Shown here piece by piece: positions 19,316 to 28,418 of a stretch of DNA of 64,000 nucleotides; position 1 is the stretch's first letter, and every line of letters begins with the position of its first letter. Location of the stretch: assembly GCA_002480525.1 (NCBI GenBank), contig DLCH01000030.1, positions 6,850 through 70,849 of the forward strand. The letters are read 5' to 3'. The position numbers and the translations under genes were made by a program. Below the pieces are notes generated by a model. That model did not search any database, had not been told where the DNA came from, and worked only from the letters and a program-made list of their open reading frames with translations. The stretch is from Gammaproteobacteria bacterium UBA7803 (GTDB taxonomy: Bacteria; Pseudomonadota; Gammaproteobacteria; Pseudomonadales; Azotimanducaceae).

Positions 19316-19858
19316 TCAGAGGTCCTTGAGGGACAGCCGCGCGTTGGCCTCGATGGTCTCGGTGTTCCACAGGTCGGCGAATTTGAACGATCGCGGGCAG
19401 TGGAAGTAGGCCTCGTCGATGCTGAGCAGCAGGCCCTGAACGAGCGTGGTGTTGTCGTCCTGCCAGCTCACCGACACCTCGACACCCATCGCCTCGAGGG
19501 CATCCGGCTCCACGACCTGCACGCTGCCGTTCACCCGTACCGTGACCTCCTGGCCGGGAATCATGAACACCAGCCCCGCCTTGGGGTTCGATTCGAAGTT
19601 CTGGAAACCCTGGAACAGCCGGTTGCCGCCCACGTCGGGGATCAGCAGCGTGCGCTCGTCGAGCACCCTGATGAAGCCCGGCGTGCCCCCTTTGGGCGAG
19701 GCGTCGCAGTCGCCCGCGGCGTTGCTCGACGCCAGGACCGCGAAGGGTGAGCGGGCGATGAACGCCCGCTGGTAGTCGTCGAGGTGGTCCTTGACCTTGG
19801 TCGCCGCCACCGGATGGGGACCACCCAGAGATTCCCGCAGCGCATCGATCCGGCTCAT
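19316..19858 (-). CDS. Pyridoxamine 5-phosphate oxidase (PPOX)-family FMN-binding protein
   Basis: 180 aa. FAVLASSNAAGDCDASPKGG...PDVGGNR...NPKAGLVFM pattern of the MSMEG_1061-type PPOX flavoproteins. Confidence 0.75.
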   Translation of the reverse strand: MSRIDALRESLGGPHPVAATKVKDHLDDYQRAFIARSPFAVLASSNAAGDCDASPKGGTPGFIRVLDERTLLIPDVGGNRLFQGFQNFESNPKAGLVFMIPGQEVTVRVNGSVQVVEPDALEAMGVEVSVSWQDDNTTLVQGLLLSIDEAYFHCPRSFKFADLWNTETIEANARLSLKDL

Positions 19859-19910
19859 GTCGCCCCTCCGTCGATCCAGGTACGCTCAGCATACGCCCAC
19901 CGTGTCCCGT

Positions 19911-22103
19911 TCAGAACCGGTAGACGCCCCGCAGCACCGCCGTGCGTGCCTCGCCGACGAAGCAGTCGCCCCGGGCCAGGCAGGTGGACAGGTATTCTTT
20001 GTCCGTGACGTTGCGGACGTTGAGCGCTAAGTCCCAGGGGCCGGATGCCCAGCCGAGCATCAGGTCGCCGAGGGTGTAGGACGGCGTCTTCAGCGTGTCG
20101 ATGCCGTCCCAGGTCTCGCCCACGTAGCGCACGCCGATGCCGGCCTTGAAGCCCTGCCAGCGGTCCTGCGGCCGGTAGCCGATCCACGCCGACGCCTGGT
20201 CCTCGGGCACGCTGGCGAAGCGGTAGCCGTCGGCGTTCTCGGTGTCCAGCCGGCTGGCGTTCAACTCGACGTGGAGCGGCCCGACCCAGGCCTGACCCTC
20301 GAGCTCCACCCCGCGGATCTCGGCGATGCCCTCCTGCTGGGACGGGGCGTTGACCAGGTCGTTGGGATTCGACAGGTTCGACTGCTCGATGTCGAACCAG
20401 GCCGCCGTCACCACTGCGTTCACGCCCGGCGGCTGATACTTCACGCCGACCTCGTACTGACGCCCCTTCTGGGGATCGAAGGCGTCGCCGGTGAGCTGGT
20501 CCTGGCCCACCACGGGCTCGAAGGACTCGGCGTAGCTGACGTAGGGCGCGAGGCCGTTGTCGAAGCGGTACAGCACTCCGGCGCTCAGGCTCACCGCGTC
20601 GTCCTGCTGGCTGTCGCTGCCGGTATCGGTGTCGACGTCGTCGAACCGTGCGCCCAGCGTCGCGTGCCACCGGCCGAGGGTGATCTGGTCGCTGATGTAG
20701 AGCCCGCGGTCGACGGTGTTGGCCTCGGGCCGGTCGGCGAAGAACGGCGCCAGCTCGGCGTCGCCGGGAAAGCTGCCGTAGGCGGGATCGAACACGTCGA
20801 TCCAGTAGCGGTCGCCCAGGGCGCCGTCCGGGCCGCCGGTGGCGAAGTCGTAGCCCAGGGCGAAGGCATAGGCACTGTCGTTGTCGGTGGTGACGTCCTG
20901 ATACTGGGCGCCCATCAGCACCTCGTGGGACAGCGCCCCGGTGTCGAAGTCCGCCCGCAGCCGGACGTCCACGGCCTGCTGCTCGGATTCCGCGTCGCTG
21001 ACGTAGAACGTGCGCGGCACGGTGCCGTCGCCGTAGAGCGAGCCGTCCGGGTTCACCGCGTAGCGGTTGCCGCCGATGAACGCCGGCCAGGCCTGACGGT
21101 AGTCCGCCTCGCCTTCGGTCCAGCGCGCCGTCACCTCCACGCTCCACACGGCGTCGATCTGGTGATCCGCCAGCAGCGACACCGAGCGCGTCTCGGTGTC
21201 GTAGCGGTTGAAGCCGGGCTCGCCCAGATAGGTGTCCTGGTCGATGAAGCGGCCGTTGGGCGCCGGGAAGCGGGTGCCGAAGACCGGCAGGAACTGGGCG
21301 CCGGTGTCGCTGTCGGTGTCCTGATAGTTCAGCAGCAACGTGACGTTGGTCGCCTCCGTCGGCCGCCAGGTGAGGGACGGCGCGATCACCAGGCTGTCGT
21401 CCGGCACGTGGTCGACCTGGGTGTCGCTGTCCCGGTAGACGCCGATGAAGCGGTACAGCCACCGATCCGAGCCGGCGACCGGCCCGGTGAGGTCGACGGC
21501 GGCCTGGCGGCGGTCGTAGTTGCCGACGTCCAGGGCCAGCTCGCGGCGCACCTCGGCCTCCGGCCGCTTGCTCACCACGTTGACCAGCCCGCCCGGCGAA
21601 CCCTGGCCGTAGAGCACGGAGGCCGGTCCCTTGAGGATCTCCACCTGCTCGATGGTGTAGATGTCCGGCCGGGTGTTGTTGTAGTTGCCGAACAGGGCCT
21701 GCAGGCTGTCCCGGTACTCCGGCACGTTCAGCCCCCGCACCCGCACCCAGTCGCCGCGGGTGGCGAAGCCGAAGGTCTCGCCGATCACGCCGGCGCTGTA
21801 GGTGTAGGTGTCGGCGAGGTTGAGCGCGCCCTTGTCGACGATGTCGGCCAGGGTCTCGATGGACACGGAACGCGCGGTCTCGAGAATGGGCGTGTCGGAT
21901 TTCAGCGCCGAGTAGCGGCTCATGCGGCCCTGCACCACCAGCTCTTCGATGGGCTGGCGGGACGCCGACGGCTCACCGTCCGCCGACGCCCCGCCATCCA
22001 CCGGGGGCGCTGCCCCCCACGCCAGCGGGCTGCCGAGGAGCCCCGCGACGCACACACACCCTGCCCTGAACCGCCCTGCCGGCAGCCGTGATTCTCGAGC
22101 CAT
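19911..22103 (-). CDS. TonB-dependent siderophore receptor
   Basis: Signal peptide then plug region ELVVQGR...DTPILETARSVSIET...VEILKGPASVLYGQGSPGGLVN, a 22-strand barrel-type sequence and a terminal ...LRGVYRF. Start at MARESRLPAG. Confidence 0.9.
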   Translation of the reverse strand: MARESRLPAGRFRAGCVCVAGLLGSPLAWGAAPPVDGGASADGEPSASRQPIEELVVQGRMSRYSALKSDTPILETARSVSIETLADIVDKGALNLADTYTYSAGVIGETFGFATRGDWVRVRGLNVPEYRDSLQALFGNYNNTRPDIYTIEQVEILKGPASVLYGQGSPGGLVNVVSKRPEAEVRRELALDVGNYDRRQAAVDLTGPVAGSDRWLYRFIGVYRDSDTQVDHVPDDSLVIAPSLTWRPTEATNVTLLLNYQDTDSDTGAQFLPVFGTRFPAPNGRFIDQDTYLGEPGFNRYDTETRSVSLLADHQIDAVWSVEVTARWTEGEADYRQAWPAFIGGNRYAVNPDGSLYGDGTVPRTFYVSDAESEQQAVDVRLRADFDTGALSHEVLMGAQYQDVTTDNDSAYAFALGYDFATGGPDGALGDRYWIDVFDPAYGSFPGDAELAPFFADRPEANTVDRGLYISDQITLGRWHATLGARFDDVDTDTGSDSQQDDAVSLSAGVLYRFDNGLAPYVSYAESFEPVVGQDQLTGDAFDPQKGRQYEVGVKYQPPGVNAVVTAAWFDIEQSNLSNPNDLVNAPSQQEGIAEIRGVELEGQAWVGPLHVELNASRLDTENADGYRFASVPEDQASAWIGYRPQDRWQGFKAGIGVRYVGETWDGIDTLKTPSYTLGDLMLGWASGPWDLALNVRNVTDKEYLSTCLARGDCFVGEARTAVLRGVYRF

Positions 22104-22162
22104 GCCAATCCCCCGTCTTGGTTGCAATGCATCAACGCCAGTAGGCTTCAGAGATTGAACGC

Positions 22163-22188
22163 TAATGCAAACCATTCTCATTTGCAAT
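22163..22188. promoter_or_regulatory. Fur-box-like palindrome upstream of the siderophore receptor
   Basis: AT-rich AATGCAAACCATTCTCATTTGCAAT with imperfect inverted arms AATGCAAA/TTTGCAAT. The minus-strand AAATGAGAATGGTTTGC matches about 11 of 16 positions of the AATGATAATCATTATC Fur core. It lies 60-85 nt upstream of the start. Confidence 0.45.
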
Positions 22189-22256
22189 CACAGAAATAGA
22201 CGGCGCCGATGGCAACGAGGCGATCGATGCCGGGCAGCGTGGCAGGAAATCTCGAG

Positions 22257-22274
22257 GCGGCGGAGGCCCGCCGC
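22257..22274 (-). terminator. Hairpin downstream of the flavodoxin-like gene (weak terminator candidate)
   Basis: GCGGCGG-AGGC-CCGCCGC has a 7-bp stem. On the minus strand only a short ATTT follows. Confidence 0.3.
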
Positions 22275-22284
22275 GCTGAGGTCG

Positions 22285-22869
22285 TCAGGGAGCAGACCAG
22301 CCGTGCGCGAACTGCGCCACTCGCCGCCCCAGGTGGCGGGCCGTTTCCAGATCGGACTCCGGCGGACAGTCGTCGGGGCCCTGATCGATGTCCGACTGCG
22401 CCATCGCCCCCAGGGAGGACCCGAGGCGATTCAGGTCCGCTGGAGAACCGCCGGAGCTGTTGTTGCCCGGCAGCAAGCCAAGGCCGACCCACACCATGCC
22501 GTGCTGAGCCGCGAGGGTCACGAACTCGAACAACACGTTCTGCTTGTCGCCGTTCTGGGATCCGGAGTTGGTGAAGCCGGCGGCAATCTTATTGGCCCAC
22601 TTCTGTTCCAGCCAGCGCTCGGAGGTCAGCTCCATGAACCGCTTCATGGCCGCCGAAGCGCTGCCCATGTACGTGGGACTGCCGAAGACGATCGCCGTCG
22701 CGTGATCCAGGGTTCGCCAGCCGTGCGCGTCGGCGTCCGTCAGATCCTCGACCGTCAGTTCCACACACTCGACGTGATCGACTTCGCGAACGCCATCGGC
22801 CACGGCCGCCGCCTGGCGCGCCGTATGACCGAATCCGCTGTGATGCACGATGCACACGGTTCTCGTCAT
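22285..22869 (-). CDS. Flavodoxin-like fold NAD(P)H:quinone oxidoreductase (WrbA-like)
   Basis: MTRTVCIVHHSGFGHTARQAAAV...AIVFGSPTYMGSASAAMKRFM...GFTNSGSQNGDKQ. GGAGGA SD six nt before the chosen ATG. Confidence 0.75.
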   Translation of the reverse strand: MTRTVCIVHHSGFGHTARQAAAVADGVREVDHVECVELTVEDLTDADAHGWRTLDHATAIVFGSPTYMGSASAAMKRFMELTSERWLEQKWANKIAAGFTNSGSQNGDKQNVLFEFVTLAAQHGMVWVGLGLLPGNNSSGGSPADLNRLGSSLGAMAQSDIDQGPDDCPPESDLETARHLGRRVAQFAHGWSAP

Positions 22870-22963
22870 TGCATCCTCCATGAAAACTCGGAGTGTGCAT
22901 GGTACGAGCCGCAGCAGGGGTCGGAACACCCCGGGCGCGGCAGCGGCGGCGTGCCGTCGCGGT

Positions 22964-23857
22964 TCAGTCCAAGCCGCCCAGAGCCTTCTCCAGAGAGCCC
23001 ACCAGGCGCCGGACCACGCCGGTGAGCAGGACGAACTCGGCGTCCAGCCGGGCCAGCGGGTCCTCGTCGTCGCCGGCGTCCTCGACGGCATCCATGCCCT
23101 GCAGCTTGAGCTTGCGGACCACGCCGTCCTGGTCGAGCACGAGGCTCGCGATGTCGTCGTAGACGAGACCGAGCCGGGTCACCTTCAGGCCGCTGCGGAC
23201 GTGCCGGCGCACGTCGTCGTCGGTGAGGTCGATGTCCATCCAGTTCACCGTCGCCGACCCGGCCGCCGGGTCCTGCATTTTCGCCTCGCGCCCCGGACGG
23301 AACTCCCGCGGCCCCTCACCCAGAAATACGCGGTGAATCAGCCCGCCCACCGGCTGACGGAACTTCAGCGGCGTGACCTGGAGGCTGCCCAGGGCGTCCC
23401 GCAGTTTGTCCAGGAATCGCTCCGCCTGGGCCTCCGCAGCGGTGTCGATGCCGATCAGCTTTTCCTGGATGAGACAGAAGCCGCGAACGCGCTCGGACTT
23501 CAGCAGCGCTTTGGGCATCAGCTCGGCGTGGATCTCGTCCTTGAGCTGGCGCTTCTCGCGCCGGCTCGGATCGCGGCTGGTACGGCTGCGGAACTCGGCC
23601 AGCCGGTCCTCCAGCGCCTCGTTCACCGCGGCAGCCGGCAGCAGCCGGGTCTGGCTGCGCAGGCGCAGCAGATCCGCTCCCGCCACCCGGCGGCACAGGG
23701 GGTCGCTGTCGTCGCCGGTGGGCGCCTCCCAGCCGGAGCTGCGCTCGGAGTAGGCGCCGCAGGGCGTGAACGCCGCGTCCTCGAGTCGCTCGGCGAGCGC
23801 GGCCTCACTGTCGGGCCAGGTGCTGTGCAGGCGGTAGAGACGCAGATTTCTGAACAT
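22964..23857 (-). CDS. rdgC: Recombination-associated protein RdgC
   Basis: MFRNLRLYRL start resembles the E. coli RdgC N-terminus. 297 aa, full-length collinear pattern (GW.AP, MPKALLKSERV, GLKVTRLGLV). Confidence 0.85.
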   Translation of the reverse strand: MFRNLRLYRLHSTWPDSEAALAERLEDAAFTPCGAYSERSSGWEAPTGDDSDPLCRRVAGADLLRLRSQTRLLPAAAVNEALEDRLAEFRSRTSRDPSRREKRQLKDEIHAELMPKALLKSERVRGFCLIQEKLIGIDTAAEAQAERFLDKLRDALGSLQVTPLKFRQPVGGLIHRVFLGEGPREFRPGREAKMQDPAAGSATVNWMDIDLTDDDVRRHVRSGLKVTRLGLVYDDIASLVLDQDGVVRKLKLQGMDAVEDAGDDEDPLARLDAEFVLLTGVVRRLVGSLEKALGGLD

Positions 23858-23968
23858 GCGGCGGGGGCGGTGGCGGAACGAGCGGCGCATTATCCGCATC
23901 GGACCCCACCCTGTCACGGCGCGCCCGGGGGGCGTATAGTCGACCGCACTCCATGGGGGGAAGAGATC

Positions 23969-25744
23969 ATGCGCCATCCAGCCACGCCTGCGAAGGCCGC
24001 GTCCGCGCGACCGACCTCACGACCGCCGCTGGCGGCAGCGCTGCTGCTGGCCGGCGGCCTGCTCGCCGCCGGCTGCGGCGACACCGGCACTCAGGCCGGC
24101 AGCGCCGCCGGCGACGACGCCCTGTCCGCACCGGGCCAGGACCTGGCCGCGCCCAGAGCCAACACCGAGGACGGCTGGCGGCAGCCGCTGTTCGAGGGGC
24201 TCGGCGACCTGCACCTGCCCATCACCACATCGTCGGAGCAGGCCCAGCAGTACTTCGACCAGGGTCTGGGACTCGCCTTCGCCTTCAATCACGCCGCCGC
24301 CGACTTCTCGTTCAACGAGGCGGCCATGCACGATCCCGACTGCGCCATGTGCTACTGGGGCAGCGCCCTGGTGCTCGGCCCCAACGTCAACGCCGCCATG
24401 GACCCGGGCAACGCCGAACGCGCCTACGCCCTGGTGAGCAAGGCGGCCAGCCTGGCCGACGGCGTGACCGACAAGGAACGGGTGCTGATCGCGGCCCTGC
24501 AGGCCCGCTACGCGCCGACCGCCCCGGAGGACCGCTCGCATCTGGACGTCGCCTATGCGGACGCCATGCGCGCCGCCGCTGCGCGTTTTCCGGACGACGA
24601 GGACATTCAGGCCCTCACCGCCGAGGCGCTGATGGATCTGCATCCCTGGGATTTCTGGCTCGCCGACGGCGAGGAGCGGCCCTGGACGGCAGAGATCATC
24701 GACACCCTGGAACACGCTCTGGCCCTGGACGCCGACCACGTCGGCGCCATCCACCTCTACATCCATGCCGTCGAGCAGTCCCAGGAGGCTCACCGGGCGG
24801 AGCCCTACGCCGACAAGCTCGCCGATCTGGCGCCGTCGGCCGGCCACCTGGTGCACATGCCGGCCCATATCTACATCCGGGTGGGCCGTTATCACGATTC
24901 GACCCTGAACAACATGAAAGCTACGGAGGCGGACAGCGCGTTCATTCAGGCCTGCCGCTCCAACAGCCCGATCTACCTGGCCGGCTACATCCCCCACAAC
25001 TGGCACTTCGGCTGGGTCACCGCCGCCATCGAGGGCTGGAGCGAGCAGGCCTTCGAGATGGCCCGTGGCACCGCCGCCCGGCTGACGCCGGAACTGCTGC
25101 GCGCGCCCGGCATGGGCGTGGCCCAGCACTTCCTGATGCAGCCGGCCTACGCCCAGGTGCGCTTCGGCGCCTGGGACGAGATTCTGGAGAGCCCCGAGCC
25201 CGACGCCGACCTGATGTACGCCCGCGGCGTCTGGCACTACGCCCGGGGCCGGGCCCTGCTCGGCAAGGGCGACCTCGACGGCGCCGCCGCCGAGTCGGCG
25301 ACCCTGTCGGCCCTGCGGGCGGATCCCGCCATGGATCAGGTGCAGTTCTTCGAGCGCGGCCGGGCAGACGATCTGCTGGCCATCGCCGAGCTGGTGCTGA
25401 ACGGCGAGATCGACGCCGCCCGCGGCGACCTGGAGGCCGCCATCGCCAAGCTCGACCAGGCAGTCGCCCTGGAGGACGCCCTGCCCTACAACGAGCCGCC
25501 GGACTGGTACTACCCGGCGCGGCATTCGCTGGGGGCGATCCAGCTCGCCGCCGGCAACGCCGCCGCCGCCGAGCAGACCTACCGGGAGGATCTCGCGATC
25601 ATGCCGGAGAACGGCTGGGCGCTGCTCGGCCTGGCCCAGGCGCTCGAGGCCCAGGATCGCGCCGCCGATGCGGCCGACGTCATGGACCGGTTCGAAACCG
25701 CCTGGCAGCACGCCGACATCGAAATCGCGTCATCGCGGATCTGA
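23969..25744 (+). CDS. TPR-repeat lipoprotein, function unknown
   Basis: Lipobox LLAAGC after a positively charged N-terminus, with TPR-like helical repeats throughout (591 aa). The N-terminal 373 codons of the track ORF are antisense shadow of rdgC/wrbA. Confidence 0.7.
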   Translation: MRHPATPAKAASARPTSRPPLAAALLLAGGLLAAGCGDTGTQAGSAAGDDALSAPGQDLAAPRANTEDGWRQPLFEGLGDLHLPITTSSEQAQQYFDQGLGLAFAFNHAAADFSFNEAAMHDPDCAMCYWGSALVLGPNVNAAMDPGNAERAYALVSKAASLADGVTDKERVLIAALQARYAPTAPEDRSHLDVAYADAMRAAAARFPDDEDIQALTAEALMDLHPWDFWLADGEERPWTAEIIDTLEHALALDADHVGAIHLYIHAVEQSQEAHRAEPYADKLADLAPSAGHLVHMPAHIYIRVGRYHDSTLNNMKATEADSAFIQACRSNSPIYLAGYIPHNWHFGWVTAAIEGWSEQAFEMARGTAARLTPELLRAPGMGVAQHFLMQPAYAQVRFGAWDEILESPEPDADLMYARGVWHYARGRALLGKGDLDGAAAESATLSALRADPAMDQVQFFERGRADDLLAIAELVLNGEIDAARGDLEAAIAKLDQAVALEDALPYNEPPDWYYPARHSLGAIQLAAGNAAAAEQTYREDLAIMPENGWALLGLAQALEAQDRAADAADVMDRFETAWQHADIEIASSRI

Positions 25745-25759
25745 GCGCCATCGCCCCCT

Positions 25760-25833
25760 GTAGGAGCGATCTCCAGATCGCGATGGCCCAAGGAATCGCG
25801 ATCTGGAGCCAGCCGGGCAGGCATCGCTCCTAA
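25760..25833. repeat. REP-like pair: short copy (25760-25784) plus inverted long variant (25795-25833)
   Basis: GTAGGAGCGATCTCCAGATCGCGAT followed by ATCGCGATCTGGAG-CCAGCCGGGCAGGC-ATCGCTCCTAA, which is the same element with a 14-nt insert. Lies between convergent gene ends. Confidence 0.85.
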
Positions 25834-25837
25834 AGGG

Positions 25838-28216
25838 CTATTCGGCGTTGTCCGGCAGCCGGTAGGCGATGACGTATCCGCCGCCGCGCTCGCCCGCGGC
25901 GCCCTCCTCCGCAGCCGCATCGTCGTGGGCCAGGGTGAGCTCCCCCGAGTCCGGCAGCGTCACCAGCAGGGTCTGCCGGCCCGAGGCGGGGCTCACATAG
26001 CTCATGGGCGTAGCCTCCGACGTGGTCGGAATGTCCCGCGTCAGCAGTTCCTCACCGGTCAGCACGTCGAAGGCGCGCAGGCGCCGGTCGGCGACGCCGG
26101 CGGTGAAGATCAACCCGCCGCCGGTCACCACTGTGCCGGCGCGGATGAACATGCCCATGGGCAACGACAGGGGCAGCTTGATGCCCAGCGGTCCCCAGCC
26201 CCGTGACGTGCCGATGGGACGCCGCCAGACCAGTTCCCGGGTGGCCAGATCGATGACCGCGAGCTCGCCGTAGGGCGGACTCAGGCACGGCGCGAACAGC
26301 GGCGAGAAGAACGGTACGACATAGGCGGCGTAGGGCGTGCCCGCCTGGGGCCCGCCGATGCCGAATTGCGTGCCTTCGGTGACGTCGCCGCGCGGAATCA
26401 GCTTCACCGTCATCGGCATGTGGATCACGCCCACCACCGCCAGCCGGTTCGCCTCGTCCACGGCGATGCTGCCCCAGTTCATGCCGCCTGCCACGCCCGG
26501 ATTCAGCAGCGTGCCCTCGAGCGACGGCGGTGTCAGCGGTCCGTCGTAGCGCAGGCCCTGGAACCGCAGCCGGCACGCCATGTGATCGAGCGGCGTGATG
26601 CCCCACATGTCCGCGCCGCGCAGCGGATTACGGTCGAAGGACGGCAGCCCGACCGAGAACGGCTGGGTGGGCGTCGTCCACTCGCCGTCCACGTCGGTCT
26701 GGGGCACCGGCCGTTCCACCACGTCCGCCAGCGGTTCGCCGGTGGCGCGGTCGAGCATGAAGAGCTGGCCGCGCTTGGTGGGCACCAGCACCGCCTTGCG
26801 GACGACCCCGTCCACGGGCACGTCCACCAGTGTCGGCTGGGACGGCACGTCGTAGTCCCAGATGTCGTGATGGGTGGTCTGGAAATGCCAGCGGGCCCGG
26901 CCGGTCGCGGCGTCCAGTGCGACCACGGAGCTCGCATACTTCTCCATGGCCTCGCTGCGGTGGCCGCCGAAGTAGTCCGGCGTGGCATTGCCGGTGGGCA
27001 CGTAAACGAGCCCCAGCTCGTCGTCGGCGCTGGTCAGACTCCACACGTTGGGGGTGCCGCGGGTGTAGGTCTGGCCCGCCGGCGGCAGCTCGCTGCGGGC
27101 CTCGTTGCCCAGGTCCCAGGCCCACTTCAGCGCGCCGGTCACCGGGTCGAAACCGCGCACCACCCCCGAGGGCTCGCCGGTCTCCTGGTTGTCGGCGACC
27201 CAGCCGCCGAGCACCAGCGTGTCGCGAGCCATGGTGGGCGGCGAGGTGACATAGTAAAAACCGGGTTTGACCTCCCCCATGCCGGGCAGCAGGCTGATCT
27301 CGCCATCCTCGCCGAAGTCTTCGCAGAGCTCGCCGCTGCGGGCATCCAGGGCGATCAGGCGCGCGTCCGTGGTGGCGGTGTAGATGCGTTCGGGACACGC
27401 TGCCGGCGCCGCCTGGCCGGCCCGGGCATCGTAGTAGGTGACGCCGCGGCAGGTGTCCCAGAAGGCGAACTTCGGCGTGTCGATCTCCGGGTCGTGGCGC
27501 CAGCGCTCGGCACCGGTCTCCGCGTCGAGGGCGATCACCACGTTCTGGCCGGTACACAGATAGAGCGCGTCACCGACCTGCAGCGGCGTCGCCTTGAAGG
27601 CGCCGCCGACGCCGGTGCGGTAGACCCAGGCCTGCTCCAGGCGGTGAACGTTGTCACGGTCGATCTGGTCGTGGGGCGCATACCGGGTGCCGCCCTTGGT
27701 GGCGCCGTAGTGGGCCCACTCGGCCCCGGACGGATCGACGGTGCCCGTGCCCGCGGCGCTGGGCGGCGGACCGCTCACACCGCCCTGGTCGGCCAGCAGC
27801 AGAACGGCCACGGTGAGCACGATACCGGCGACGATGCCCCGGGTGGCGCCGTCGCGGATCAGCGCCGGGGCGGCAGCCTGATGCAGACCGCGCCGGGTCC
27901 GGGGCAGCAGGAACCACAGCCCCAGCACGGCGAGAAACGCCAGCCGCGCCACCAGCCCCCAGCCGTCGAGCCCGACCTCGAACAGCGCCCAGGCCACGGT
28001 GGCGAGCAGCAGCCAGCCGTAGATCGAAGCACCGACGGTCCTGCCGCGAAAGGTGAAGTATCCGGCGGCGACGAGCGCGACGCCGGCCGCGAGGTAGTAC
28101 CAGGTGCCGCCCGCGGCCAGCAGCATGCCGCCGCCGGCGAGCGGCGCCAGGCCCAGGATGACCAGGAGGACGCCCAGGACGCGGGGTCTGGGATGGGCGT
28201 GGACTGATTCGGTCAT
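25838..28216 (-). CDS. gcd: Membrane-bound PQQ-dependent glucose/quinate-family dehydrogenase
   Basis: Five N-terminal TM helices, then a PQQ propeller. Collinear with E. coli Gcd (GGTWYY, WxxYG, FKATPLQVGDALYLCT, RGVTYY, VVRGFD, LVYVPTGNATPD, HHDIWDYD, YVIAYRLPD). Start MTESVH. Confidence 0.9.
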   Translation of the reverse strand: MTESVHAHPRPRVLGVLLVILGLAPLAGGGMLLAAGGTWYYLAAGVALVAAGYFTFRGRTVGASIYGWLLLATVAWALFEVGLDGWGLVARLAFLAVLGLWFLLPRTRRGLHQAAAPALIRDGATRGIVAGIVLTVAVLLLADQGGVSGPPPSAAGTGTVDPSGAEWAHYGATKGGTRYAPHDQIDRDNVHRLEQAWVYRTGVGGAFKATPLQVGDALYLCTGQNVVIALDAETGAERWRHDPEIDTPKFAFWDTCRGVTYYDARAGQAAPAACPERIYTATTDARLIALDARSGELCEDFGEDGEISLLPGMGEVKPGFYYVTSPPTMARDTLVLGGWVADNQETGEPSGVVRGFDPVTGALKWAWDLGNEARSELPPAGQTYTRGTPNVWSLTSADDELGLVYVPTGNATPDYFGGHRSEAMEKYASSVVALDAATGRARWHFQTTHHDIWDYDVPSQPTLVDVPVDGVVRKAVLVPTKRGQLFMLDRATGEPLADVVERPVPQTDVDGEWTTPTQPFSVGLPSFDRNPLRGADMWGITPLDHMACRLRFQGLRYDGPLTPPSLEGTLLNPGVAGGMNWGSIAVDEANRLAVVGVIHMPMTVKLIPRGDVTEGTQFGIGGPQAGTPYAAYVVPFFSPLFAPCLSPPYGELAVIDLATRELVWRRPIGTSRGWGPLGIKLPLSLPMGMFIRAGTVVTGGGLIFTAGVADRRLRAFDVLTGEELLTRDIPTTSEATPMSYVSPASGRQTLLVTLPDSGELTLAHDDAAAEEGAAGERGGGYVIAYRLPDNAE

Positions 28217-28222
28217 GGGCGA

Positions 28223-28248
28223 ATCGCGCTCTGAAGAGCGCTCCCACA
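28223..28248 (-). repeat. REP-like hairpin element (TGTGGGAGCGCTCTTCAGAGCGCGAT on minus strand)
   Basis: Lies 7 nt upstream of the gcd start codon, inside the candidate upstream ORF. Confidence 0.8.
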
Positions 28249-28418
28249 GTGGTCGTGAGGGGTAGCGGCATGGATGCCGGGGACGGTCCCCGCCAACGCC
28301 GGCAGCGACAGCGCTGCGGCAACGGGCTGCGCGATGAAACTCACGATCTTCCTCCCCCCGAAGTGATCCAGCCAGCCATGATGGCGTCCGGGGAGGCGAA
28401 TAGCCAGTAATCGGGACG

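Noticed and set aside
22850-25744. 964-aa ORF extending the TPR lipoprotein upstream
   Set aside because: The upstream 373 codons are antisense to rdgC and the flavodoxin-like gene and have no protein-like composition. A lipoprotein signal follows the internal ATG at 23969.
28213-28344. Upstream ORF of gcd as a PqqA-like peptide precursor
   Set aside because: It lacks the conserved Glu-X3-Tyr motif, is about twice the length of PqqA, and no pqqBCDE genes are nearby. It is kept only as a candidate coupled uORF.
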